NCBI GenBank assembly: GCA_951406725.2
Contig: OX597816.1
Coordinates: forward strand, 97,216,001-97,280,000
Source: Octopus vulgaris
Taxonomy: Eukaryota
Direction: 5' to 3'
DNA length: 64,000 nt
The notes under the pieces are model-generated. The model saw only the letters and a program-made list of their open reading frames with translations. It was not told the origin of the DNA and did no database searches. Position numbers and translations under genes: made by a program. Position 1 is the stretch's first letter, and the number at the start of each line of letters is the position of its first letter. Of the stretch, positions 1 through 11,519 are shown in pieces.

Positions 1-429
1 TCTCTCTCTCACACACACGCACAGAAACACACATATTTAAAGAAAAATAGAAGAGAGAATAACCGATAGATATTAAGTTGAAAATTAAAAAGAAAAAATG
101 ATAAATGGAAAGATAAAAATAAATAGATTGATATATTGATAAATAGATTCATATGCTGATGTATATAGTTAGGTTGAGATGAACAGAGAGTGAGTGGGTG
201 AAAGGAAGAAAGGAAAAGTGAGAAGAAATTCTCGTATATGAGGTATGAGGACATAAAAGCAGCAGGCAGTAAATTAGAGAGGCAATATTATTGAGAAAGA
301 GACAAGAGAAAATATTAATAGTGAGATATATTCAATACTTCAAGAGAAAAATGAAAGAAGATATCTAAAACAAAGAGCAAAATAAGACAGAGGGATAAAT
401 GTATAAAATCAAAACAGATACGCAGATAG

Positions 430-643
430 TTATAATGTTTGTGTGAGTGTGTGTGTGTATGTGTATGCATATAGAAGTAATTTATTATGTGCATTTATAT
501 ACACACCATATGTGCATGTGTGTATGTATGTTCTTGTGTGTGTGTACGGGTGTGTCTGTGTGTGAATAATGGATACAAATATACATAAATACACGCAACG
601 ATATAGCTCGCTAGATACTGAAGCAGACATACATTTTGATAGA

Positions 644-676
<33 letters not shown>

Positions 677-724
677 CAAAGTAGGCACACACATATATAT
701 ATATATATACATATAGACATACAA

Positions 725-797
<73 letters not shown>

Positions 798-808
798 CAT
801 ACACACAT
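430..808. repeat. Compound microsatellite (TG)n/(TA)n/(CATA)n, representative of dozens across the window
   Basis: Direct reading; source of the spurious [12 protein letters not shown] ORFs. Confidence 0.95.
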
Positions 809-1237
809 ATAATTATCAAAGTTGGGTGATAAGTCCAGGTAGATATAATGTAAGCCTCAGAAGTGGACCGAAGTACATATAATATAACCAACAATTAGAC
901 TTTTTCTTAATATATGATGTACACAGGTCCAGAGAATGTAAAACAAGGTTAACAATGGAAAAAAAGGTATATTAAATATCTATTTCTTTTTATATCTATA
1001 AAATCCATAGAATATAGACATTAACAAATAAATAAAACATCCTACATATGTTTCAGCTGATTTACAAAGAGTACATCCATTTATAATTTGATAATTAGAT
1101 AATTAACTAATTAAATCATTAAATAATTAATAAATACAATCTATTTAGTAAAACAGCTTCATCAGGAATTTAAGAGAAAGTTCCTAATTACACCATTTGA
1201 AATTGCCATGTAGGTAAATATAAACAACGCAAATGAC
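809..1237 (-). mobile_element. Penelope-like terminal repeat (pLTR) fragment carrying a hammerhead motif
   Basis: AT-rich segment between microsatellites containing the HHR at 1039-1169; HHRs in pLTRs are an established PLE feature. Confidence 0.55.
1039..1169 (-). ncRNA. Type I hammerhead ribozyme with ~94-nt loop II
   Basis: Minus strand: AUUC-CUGAUGA-AGCUG...CAGCU-GAAAC-AUAU-GUA-GGAU; canonical core, palindromic stem III. Confidence 0.7.
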
Positions 1238-1252
1238 TATATATATATATAT

Positions 1253-1426
1253 AGTGAGAATTTACAAAAAAACAACAAAAGACGAAGACGGGTGTGTAAA
1301 CAACAAACAGATGTATTAGTTTAACGCTCGGGAAGTGAGAAAGTATTTTACGTTTCAAGCCTACGCTCTTCGACAGAGAAATAAACAGGGAGAGAAGATA
1401 GAGAAAGGTTCAGTGGCTAGCGACCT

Positions 1427-1428
<2 letters not shown>
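1253..1428 (-). mobile_element. Solo 3' terminal fragment of the PLE family seen at 31448-32808
   Basis: Similar to 31448-31660 (acaaaagacgaag...gtattagt...acgtttc.agcctacgctcttc.acag); flanked by (TA)n. Confidence 0.75.
1345..1380 (-). ncRNA. Minimal hammerhead-like motif, A6U core variant
   Basis: Minus: CUGUCGA-A-GAGC-GUAG-GCUU-GAAAC-GUA. Confidence 0.55.
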
Positions 1429-1504
<76 letters not shown>

Positions 1505-1716
1505 GTAAAATAGAAAGATGAATAATCTTGTTGCAGATTAATCAAAAGTTTAACCGATACCTTGGTAGCAAAAATCACGGCAGAAGAAAGCACGGTTGGA
1601 GATAAAACCTTTTGGTGTTGCAACCGTGCGTTGGTGCGGATAATTGAATTTTAGTATTATTAGTGAATTGAAGAAATGGAGTTGAACGAAGATTGAACAG
1701 AATTCCTTTTATTGCA

Positions 1717-1796
1717 TTCTACACATGTTTCAAAAGCCACAATTTTCCAAATTCTGATTAAATAAGGATCCCATATTGTGGCTTTCTCTTCAGGAA
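1717..1796 (-). ncRNA. Type I hammerhead ribozyme (left arm)
   Basis: Reverse complement of 1975-2054. Confidence 0.8.
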
Positions 1797-1974
1797 AAAA
1801 ATATGAATTCCGTTGGCAGAACAAAACAGAACAGAGGCGCAGCAAAGCAATTTGAACGAGGCGGCTCTTTAAGAGCCCATGAGTTCACCCATGGGCTCTT
1901 AAAGAGCCGCCTCGTTCAAATTGCTTTGCTGCGCCTCTGTTCTGTTTTGTTCTGCCAACGGAATTCATATTTTT

Positions 1975-2054
1975 TTCCTGAAGAGAAAGCCACAATATGG
2001 GATCCTTATTTAATCAGAATTTGGAAAATTGTGGCTTTTGAAACATGTGTAGAA
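1975..2054 (+). ncRNA. Type I hammerhead ribozyme (right arm)
   Basis: UUC-CUGAAGA-GAAAGCCACAAU...AUUGUGGCUUUU-GAAAC-AUGU-GUA-GAA; canonical core, 12-bp stem II, GUA cleavage triplet at 2049-2051. Confidence 0.8.
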
Positions 2055-2138
2055 TGCAATAAAAGGAATTCTGTTCAATCTTCGTTCAACTCCATTTCTT
2101 CAATTCACTAATAATACTATATATATATATATATATAT

Positions 2139-2436
2139 CACCGTGATCGACAAGGCTATCAGATGTTGCTACACATCGCTGGTCACAATGCGCTTCGCAT
2201 TGTTTTAGCCTTCAAATGACGCCACCCCGCTGGCTAAGCGAGCAGGCTAACAGAAGAAAGAGTGAGAGAAAGTTGTAGCGAATGAGTACAACAGGGATCG
2301 TCACCATCCCCTGCCGGAGCTTCGTGGAGCTTTAGGTGTTTTCGCTCAATAAACACTCACAACGCCTGGTCTGGGAATCGAAACCGCGATCCTACGACCA
2401 CGAGTCCGCTGCCCTAATCACTGGGCCATTGCGCCT

Positions 2437-2438
<2 letters not shown>
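2139..2438 (-). mobile_element. tRNA-derived SINE
   Basis: Minus head ggaggcgcaaTGGCCCAGTGAttaggg...GGTTTCGATTCcc (A/B boxes). Confidence 0.85.
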
Positions 2439-2526
<88 letters not shown>

Positions 2527-2529
<3 letters not shown>

Positions 2530-3566
2530 GACCACTTGCCTAACTGATGTAGAGCACTTGCCTAACTTCAGAGTATTTGTGGACCAGTTCACATGAGGGA
2601 GGTTAAAATCACCCATCACTAGTATGTTTCCGGAGTAGTACTTCCGAAGGAAGGACTTGACTTTGCTAAGGCACTCTTCAAAGTACTTTAGAGGTGCCTG
2701 GGGAGGCCTGTAAATACCAACAATGGTTATGTCCTTGGCTTTGTTGTATAGTGATACCGATTCACAGTAGCCATTGGAAAATATGTCCTTGGCATGAAGT
2801 GAAAAGGAGTCATGGATAAAGATGGCTGTCCCTCCCTTATTTCGGTCTGTGCGATCCGCACGAACAATGGTGAAATCTTTTATTTTCACCTCTGTGTCCA
2901 TATGGCTGTTGTTCAGGTGAGTCTCGGTAAGGATAAAGAAAGGGAAGCAATGTGCCATTTCGGCAAGCCAACTCTCTATATATGGGATCTTCCATTTTTG
3001 GGCAATAATTGATGGGTTGATGCCACGTACATTTAACAGGAATGTCGAAGCAAGGGAAGTTGGTAATGGGTGAGTGGTCCTTGTGATTTGCATAGATGGT
3101 TGGTGATAGCTCGCTGGATCTCCTGGCTTAGGTCGGCCTTCATATTTTCCAGGTATGTCAGTAAAAAAGAGTTACTTGTTTGGTTTGCCACTTGGTCAGA
3201 GGATACATATTTCATGTTGGCGTTATTTGGTGTTTTTCATGGTTCTGTCTACGTTGTTTGATTGTAGGAGGGGAAACATGGTTGTATTTTGTTCTTGTTG
3301 TTGTCCTAGATTTCCTCTGTTCCTGTTTATATTTATTCTGTGATCGTTTTGTGCCCTTCATATGGTGGTGGTTGCATTCTGGGTTCAGGCACATTCTTTG
3401 TGAGACAGAGGTTTGGTACAGTTTAGGATGGAATAAGGTGCATCGATTGTCTTTTATGCATCCGTATTTAGGATCAGAACCATAGATTCTGTATCTAGGA
3501 CAGTATTTGGGGTGGAGGTGGGGGCAATTTTTTCCTGTTATACCGTATGGACAGGTGCCCATAACA
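2527..3566 (-). mobile_element. CR1/L2-like LINE 5' portion: ORF1 with CCCH-type Cys/His motifs and ORF2 APE endonuclease
   Basis: ORF 2392-3093: LNVRG, LTETHL, RADR..KGG, GIYRPP, GDFNLP; ORF 3212-3745: CPYGITGKNCPHLHPKYC...C...CTLFHP...C..PECNHHH. Confidence 0.85.
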
Positions 3567-3595
3567 AATATATATATATATATATATATATACAT

Positions 3596-3632
<37 letters not shown>

Positions 3633-3661
3633 GAAAGAGAAAGAGAGAGAGGGAGAGAAAG

Positions 3662-5540
3662 AGAATCCCTCATTTTGCGAAGTAATGAATTCCTGAAAAT
3701 CTGTCCATAACGCGAAATTCCGTAATGCGAAATCAATATTTCCATTCATTTTAAAATCATCGACTGAAAGGGAGAACAAGCAACATGATCACCTTTATAC
3801 ATGAAAATAACAATTTCTAAACATACACAGTACACTAAAGATACATAAAAAATCGTTTGAAGAGGACTATGTTAGGGAATTAATAAGAATCGTAATATCG
3901 TAAGAGTACATTCTTATCACAAAAGATGCTAATTACTGTGTGTGTAGTGGTGGTGGATTGAGCATTACTAGGAGGATAAGGGGCAATATTTACTACCTTA
4001 TTATTCACTATTACCAGCATCGACTTGAGGAGTGAAGAATTTATTCAAAGTTAACTGTTGTTTATGACGTATCATTTCTTTGTACCGCTGAGTATAGAAC
4101 TAAGCTCATTGTAAACTCGTCTTGAAATTGTTATGTTATGTTAACGATTAGGATCATTAGCAGCAGCACAAATCAGCAGACCTTCCTCCATATGTGTATC
4201 AAGCCTTTAACAATAATTTTCATTACCAATGTAAGTTGTGTAGGTGGAACTTCCCTTATCTAATCTGAAGTAACAGCTTATACTCTTTCTAACAACATCA
4301 CCTCTTCATTAGATAAACTTTGTTTCTGGGACTCTAGCAACTCAAATCACATCACACCCTATGTCTTCTTCATATTCTATATCCCTTTTGAGCACCACAT
4401 TTTTCGGAATTTCATACAGATTTTCTACTAGAGAAAAACTTGTAATGTCTTTTCCCAGCAGTGTTCACAAGTGATTCAGCCATATTGTCCACAGCATGCA
4501 TTACGTTGTATTTCTTCCAGAAATTTTAAACTGTAATTTAATTCTCCCTGTCAATTGGTTATGCATTGAAGAGAGCCATCACATCTTGATCTATTTGCTG
4601 GAGCAAACAAATTATATTCTACTCTTAGGGCATCTACGTTCGGTGTGTGCCTCTGTGCATTGTCGTAAAGTAGCAATACTTTGTTGCAAATATTATATCT
4701 AGCACTGTAACTTTCTATGACAGGATGAAAAATGTTTGTATACCACTCTTTGAAAAGTCTCTTAGTCATCCGTGCCTTTTTATTTAAAAGCCGAATCAAA
4801 GGTAGATTCAGGTTCAAGCCCTAGAATTTTCAGAGTGATACTCGCGTAAGGCCTTTAATTTCATATCACTAGCGGCATTCCTCCCAAACAAAGTGTCAGG
4901 CAATTTTGGGAAACTTTAAATCCGGGTGTTGATTTTTCTTCTTGTGAAATAAAATTTCAAGCGGCCATGCGCTTCCAGGAAAGTGTAGTTTCATTGACAT
5001 TGTATACTTACTCTGGTGTGTAACCCCCTTCAGCAATCATTTACTTCAATTGCTCAAGATAATTTGTAGCAACCCCTGTAACAGTGCCCGCAGTACACGA
5101 ATCATTTTTATGTTGTGTAAATTCATGCTTTTCTTAAATCTTTCAAACCAACCTTTACTAGCCAAAACGGGATTTTCACTAGAAGTTAAACTTTCCTTTT
5201 TCTTCACATTGTCATATAAACTCTTGACTTTTTTTCGATTACCATCAATGTTTATCGGCATATTACGCTGATCCTGGTCCTCGAATTCTACACTCAAAAG
5301 TTGTTATGTTTTAATCATTATATTGCGTCTATGGAAAAATTAGGTCCAGACATTTAACGGAATAGCTTCTTGAGCACTTGCCATAATTTTCTCTGTTATG
5401 TATTGTTCCGTTTGTGGACATTACAAGATTTAATGTTTTGGTAATATAATTTAGTTTGGTTTCGCATAAAGTCTTTTTAGAACGTTAAGTTTAATATCCA
5501 ATGCAATCCTTTTTACGGTTCCTCATCGCACTTCATCCTT
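3662..5540 (-). mobile_element. Decayed Tigger/pogo DNA transposon
   Basis: Minus-strand fragments ASKGWFERFKK (CENP-B HTH), VYNVNET, KKARMT..FKEW, LLLYDNA..H (DDE_1); Tigger-like terminus near 3662. Confidence 0.85.
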
Positions 5541-6220
5541 CAAGTGTGTACCCGATAGCTTATTTCCAGTAATTTTAAATTGAAAGCAAATCCAACAGTA
5601 ACGGGGATTAATCATCCACAATAAATCTGTAGTAAAATCAAATTGGCCAAGGAAAATCTCATCTGTGAGAGCGAAAAATTGTCTTTTCCTTTTAATGCAA
5701 TAATGAAAATGAAATGAAAAGGTGAAGGATTGAAGAAGAGAAACTACTATATAATTATAATTAACTGAAGGTTCACCAGATTTTATAGACAATGCACCCC
5801 CTTACGCTTCAGGCTTAAGTTACAAACAAACACACATGCACACACATCCATACACAAACATTCATACAAACTTATACAAGCACACACCCACAAAGTCAGA
5901 CACGCAAGAGCTGGAGTAATGCTGATATCTAGTTGGTGGGTTGATAACGATGATCATGTGGGTTGAATTGGTTTAGATATTAGTGATGGTAGATGGGTAT
6001 TGTTAGTGGTGTATGGTCGTATTGATCTTGCTAATTGTATTGTTTAGTTTCAAGTCAATGCTCATAAACCTAAGATTGTAGATATTTCATACAACTTTTG
6101 GCATACACCAGGACACAACATTATATTTCTTTTATTTCAAATAGATTCCGTCACCTACTACATTTCATATATTATTGTTGTGTTTGTGGTGATTATAGAA
6201 ACATACATACATACATACAT

Positions 6221-6752
6221 GCAGTTGTGGAAATTAGCTCCCCAGAGAATGTTAACATAAAGTTGAAGATCAGAGAGAAATCTATTGAGAAATCTGCAGT
6301 TACTCTACCCAGATTACAAGTTCAGGATTATACCTGTAATTACTGGAGATATAACAGATTGCCTAAGTACCAATCATGAGAAATTAGGCTTTTCAAAACC
6401 AGAAGGGAGAAAGCGAATTCGAAGACTGCAGATCCAATCCATCACTGGAACTGTAAAAGTCTGAGAAACTTTCCAAAAGTTTATCATTTAAATATATACG
6501 AACATGTCTAGATATGCAACTATAAGCATGAGAATACATACATGAAACATACAAATCTGCACATACATACATGCATACATAATACATACATACATACATA
6601 CATACATACATACATACATACATACATACATACATACATACAAAAATACCCTATTCTTGATGTTGAAATTCCAATGGAGGCACCTTGGATCTAGGTGTGA
6701 AACCGGTTCTTTCTCTATTGGCAAGAAATCTTGAAATAAAATGAATAATGAC
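6221..6752 (+). mobile_element. 3' end of an R4/Dong-like (restriction-like endonuclease) non-LTR element; 3' UTR contains (CATA)n
   Basis: Peptide VVEISSPENVNIKLKIREK resembles the RLE C-terminus; repeated at 6757-7085 and 19680-19860; AATAAA near the end. Confidence 0.6.
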
Positions 6753-6756
6753 ATAT

Positions 6757-7085
6757 ATTCATCAGCCTAGCAGATGTTAAAATAAAGATAAAGATCGGGG
6801 AAAATACCTACGCTGAACTATTGAAATCTGGTTTCTCAAAGCCAGAAATAAGAAAGCTCATTCAAAGATTACAGTTCCAAGCCATCACTGGAACTATAAA
6901 AATTTGTAAGACTTTCCAGAAGTTTTATCATTTAAGTATATATGCACATGTCTAGATATGCAACTATACACATGAAAATATATACATAAAGCAAAATATA
7001 CAAATCTGCGCATGCACCGATTTCAAACACTACATACACACGCATACCTGCTAAATATCCCTGTTGATGTGATTGAAATTCCAAT
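6757..7085 (+). mobile_element. Second tandem 3' fragment of the same R4/Dong-like family
   Basis: Direct similarity to 6390-6680 (ccatcactggaact...catgtctagatatgcaacta...gaaattccaatg). Confidence 0.65.
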
Positions 7086-7335
7086 GAGGAAGGGCAGAAA
7101 TAGCCTGAAACCAGGCTGGTCTGCTGATGCTAGAAGGTGGTAGAGGTTCCCTCTCCTCCTTGCAATATATCGGATGCAGGTTGCATCGTTAATGAGCTGG
7201 AGGAAGTGTCCTCTTGGGGTTAAAAAAGTCGCAGTGTCGTACGTTCCTACATAACAGCCATGTTGAAGTGGCGACAAGCATTACTTGCCAGTAGATTTAC
7301 TGCTTTCATCTCTTACAGAGATGTTATAACTAGCT
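7084..7335 (+). mobile_element. Copy of the HHR-bearing repeat family also at 59678-59885 and 61245-61557
   Basis: Shared blocks atcggatgcag...gtcctcttggggttaaaa...cagccatgtt.aagtggc; begins with AUGAGGA-A-GGGC-AGAAAUA-GCCU-GAAACCAG-G-CUGGUC. Confidence 0.7.
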
Positions 7336-8147
7336 GCTTTGCTTATATACATGCATATATATATATATATTGTTAGGAAATTATAAATTATAATGTTAAG
7401 TTAAACAGCTAAACAGTTTTTGATGCGGCACTGTAAGGTGTTTTTAGCCAAAACTGTGAACCTATAACAAATTGGTTAGAACTTGACAAACCTTCATAAG
7501 CAGAGATAATTGGATAATTGTACCCCCACTCCATTTTTTTGTGACAGTGTTTTCTGTGAGACAAAGTTGTTCAATCGGATTCTGGAAGCTATGATTGTCT
7601 CTTTAGTTAATGCACTTTGTGCTTTGTGTTAGGCATTTATGGATTTATTTTATGCCCCATGAATTCACCAGAAAATTTGTCAGATTTAAAATAATTTCTG
7701 TGTCACATCTGGGTCCAAGGTTCGAAATTCAGGTTCGAAAACCGAATTTGTACTAAAATGGAAATTAAGATTTTGGGATCCATCTTTGTGAAAACCAAAT
7801 TTGTGAGGCCACGTTTTGTGTGAGGCCAATTTTGGTGAAACCAAAAATTGTGAATCCAGAGTTACGGATCCAAGTTTGTGAAATCAAGTTGGGGAAGCCG
7901 GGATCCTGAGCCCGAATTTCTGAACTGTATATATATGTTACCTTTGTAAATATTTTGACTGAACGTCTGGTGTGGCATTGTTTTTTTGGTTCGTGTGTAT
8001 ATTTGTTTTTGTATGTAGGCTATTTTTTTCCACGCTGACAATTGTTAATAATATTTTACAAAAACTTTCATAGTCTGTTGTTGTTTTGGGTTCACCCTAT
8101 CCTCGTTGATTCTGTAAATTCGGGTAATGGCCACCAGGTCACAACAA

Positions 8148-8858
8148 TATATGATAATGAAAGACAGAAGATGGAATATACGAGAATTTATTATTAATCA
8201 TGACAATTGTTTCGACATATCTAGCATCGATTCCTCATGGGTGGGACACTCATCAAGTTCAGGAGCATGCGGCGGTGAAGATGTATCTCATCGGGTAATA
8301 GATAAATACAACTCGTTAAAATAACTGTTCAGCAATGTAACTTCCCGTTTTGTAGAAAGAAAAGCAACCAGTCTACATTTAACCTCCCCGTTCTTACAAA
8401 CACGAAGTAGGTAGTTAACTAGCTTTGTAATCATGGATGCACCAAGTCTCACGTATGCATATGCTCACATTTTTGCGGATGTTGGTATGAGCGAGTGTAT
8501 TCGCACTGTGCAGCTTGCTCGAGGGCCTTTATACACCCATATTTATTAACGGTTATTTTTAATACTTTTCTTGCTGGATTGCGTGTTTGTTTCTTTGTTT
8601 GCCATTTGGGATCTTTTATATAAATGAAGATATTTACTCCGTCTGGGTGCTTTTATTTCTACAAAATGGGAAGTTACATTGCAGAATAATTATTCCAGCG
8701 AGTTGTTCGACGAGATACATCTACACCGCTGGATGCTCCTGAACCAGTTGTTGATTGTCCCACCCATGAGGAATCGATGCTAGATGAGTCGAAACAATTG
8801 TCGCGATTAATAATAAATTTTCGTATATTCCATCTTCAGTCTTTCATCTGCCATATAT
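8148..8858. mobile_element. Diverged fold-back element (arms ~8148-8372 and ~8641-8858) with an HHR-like motif in each arm
   Basis: Arms are imperfect reverse complements; motif CCCAUGAGGA...UC-GAAAC-AAUU-GUC. Confidence 0.75.
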
Positions 8859-9580
8859 ATAACAATCACTGTGAAAGTGACGCTGCATTAGCAGTAACTT
8901 ACCAAATGTAAACCATTCGTTTTATTATATATATATATTTGTATGTATTATGTATGTATGTATGTATGTATGCATGTATGTATGCATGTATGTATGTTTG
9001 TATGTATGTATGCATGCATGTATGTATGTATGTATGTATGTATGTATGTATGTATGTATGTATGCATGCATGTATGTATGTATGTATATATGTATGTATA
9101 TTTGTATGTATGTCTGTATGTATGTATACAAATTAATATAAACAACAGTTTGCAATGTTTCATCAAAAAGGAGAATTATTAATGTCACTAAATATGACCG
9201 GGTTGCTAGGAAACACCTACATTGCTAGAAATAATAGCTAATCGCTCTAATTCTGTAGTTAAAGCACATACACTAACAGGGACGATGATCGAACGAAATG
9301 TACGGATCGTGAATTCTTAATACTGCCGCATAAAATACAACAATTTCTGTTGCCTCATCAGTTATGACAACTCGAGCAATGTAGGTGCTTCCTAACACCC
9401 TAGTCACATCTAGGGACATTAGTAATTCTCCTTTTTTGTAAAATATTGAAAACAACTGTTTATGTTAATTTGATATATATACACGTTAGCGAATCGCCAT
9501 ATAATCTAATGATTTGGCTGGCGGAAACATAAATACTAATGGCGAAGCGAGTCTGGAAAGAGCGAAACAGTCGAGCTGTC

Positions 9581-9626
9581 TTAACTGATGAGGCAACGGA
9601 AATTGCCGAAACGGACGCGTCATTAA
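9581..9626 (+). ncRNA. Type I hammerhead ribozyme, last of a tandem set
   Basis: UUAA-CUGAUGA-GGCAA-CGGAAA-UUGCC-GAAACG-GACG-CGUC-AUUAA. Confidence 0.8.
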
Positions 9627-9748
9627 TAAGAATTCTTGATCCGCACTTTTCGGACGATTATAGTTCCTGTTAGTGTAAATGTTTTCATTCATGTGCATTA
9701 ACTTCAGCATTAGAGCGGTATAGCTCTTACACACACATATATATATAA

Positions 9749-9880
9749 GGATAAAAAGTCAAGGTAGAAAATGCTAAAATAATTTTTCCCAAATTAAATT
9801 GTTTTCCATATTTACAGTTGAAAAAGTTTCAATGACTGAAACTGGTAGTAAAATGTTTTTATGATAAAATTATTTTAGCA
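9749..9880 (+). mobile_element. Short PLE-like terminal element with internal inverted repeat and U3-A8 hammerhead (core 9818-9824)
   Basis: atgctaaaataatttt / aaattattttagcat inverted repeat; CAG-UUGAAAA-AGUU-UCAAU-GACU-GAAAC-UG-GUA. Confidence 0.6.
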
Positions 9881-10179
9881 TATACATACATATATACATA
9901 CACCAAAAGACTTGAAAGGCAGCTCTTTAAGCAGCATTCCTTGTCTGATGATCTTAAACACACACCCAAAAGAAGTCGCAAGACTCTACCGCAACATATC
10001 ATCAGATGAAAGCATGTGCGTATATAAGCGGAAGACCATGCGGGAATTTTAGAATGTATGTATGTATGTATGTATGTATGTATGTATGTGTATATTTAAT
10101 AGTCTAGTAGATTTCTAAACAGGATGTAAAATGGTCAGATTGAGTGTATGATACGCAACTAGAATAGGTAAGCTGTGGT

Positions 10180-11405
10180 CGTTTATATCCCGAAATAACA
10201 CTAGAGCCAAAGAGAAAAACTGGCGTGACCTGTGAGCACTAAAGTACGTTTTTACTGACAATTCTGATAATTGAATTGTGGCAGAAACTTTCAGGTTGAA
10301 GTAGCAAGTAAATGTGAATTAAGTAAATACTTTACGTTAAGACTAGCGAAAACTTATCACCGATACAGCAGTGAGAATTTCATGGATGGTTCATGTAAAA
10401 AATCATCACTTAGAAGCAATCCAATTTTAGGTGATGTCAAAAATGTCAGCTCCATTCAGAATAATATAAATGCACATGAAAATGCAAGGGAAGCAAATGT
10501 TTCTAAAGTAGAAAGACAAATTTAAAACTACTGTATCCCATCGGGAAGCAAAGTAATAGTTGAGAGATGAGAAGAATTGAAGGAGAGCCATAAGGCTACA
10601 TTTAAAATAAGTAAACTCATGAGAGCTGACAAAGTGACTTTGAAAAATGTAAAACAACATCTAAATGAAACCCGTAAACAAGAATTTGAAGCTTACCTTC
10701 AGGATAAAATAAATATAATCCAAAATGCGTCAATCTTCCCAAGCATGGGCAATTGGAAGTGAAATAACAGAGAGGAAGTAAAGCAATCGAGGATAACTAA
10801 AAGCAAAGAATCTTAAAGATCAAATAAAAAGGTGGAAATAGCTCATCTTTAACATATTTGAACAGCTAACAAACTTCGTAGATCAACCTATTATTAGTGT
10901 TGTAGAATTTAGAAAGAAATTACTCGACAAAAGAACTAAACAAATATATCAAATACATTTCAATTGACAATGCACTAGATTTTGGCAATATGCAAGTGAA
11001 AGAGTAGAGAATGAGTACTTTTGGATCCGTTAATTAAAGTGTGTAATAAAACCATGCGCAAGTGCAACGCTGATATGAGGGGTGGGGATGGTCTGATATT
11101 AATTTTAACGGAAGGAAATCTTAGATACACAAATAATGAAAAGGCATTAATTTATCGGTTATTGCACCTAAAATGCATAAGTATATTCGTCCAGGAGTGT
11201 CAACATTGTCACGATCTTTTGCAATAGGAAGGCTTTTTGAAGGCATCAAAGCTCAGATCGATAAAGCTGTTAGACGTTAGAAGCCTTTTTGACTCAATCA
11301 TACGAGTCAAATCGCTGTAAATACTCAGGCCATATGATATCTCAGGAACCATCATAGATGCAATCAGCATTCTCTACGAAGTTACAAATGCCCAGATTGT
11401 GATTC
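10180..11405 (+). mobile_element. Highly decayed RTE-like LINE ORF fragment
   Basis: RT-like remnants: GNL motif near 11115, KAFDSI-like near 11280, I..LY near 11365; many frameshifts. Confidence 0.55.
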
Positions 11406-11519
11406 AGAAATCTTTTTTCACCTTTAAATAAATGCTAAATATTACACACTTGTAACTCTCTTGTTCTCTGCAATCTTTGATTACTCGTTATGAAACGCAA
11501 TTTCAAAAGCAGAAGAAAC

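Larger units (their letters stand above)
1501..2119. mobile_element. Fold-back element: 230-bp inverted arms (1652-1881/1890-2119) plus one-sided tail 1501-1651, inserted in (TA)n
   Basis: Arms read as exact reverse complements (the same peptide appears on both strands in the ORF track); (TA)n on both flanks. Confidence 0.9.

Noticed and set aside
2360-2438. tRNA gene calls at SINE heads
   Set aside because: A/B boxes continue into SINE bodies; no complete cloverleaf
7081-7112. SECIS-like AUGA..AA..GA
   Set aside because: Helix far too short for a SECIS; better explained as a hammerhead remnant
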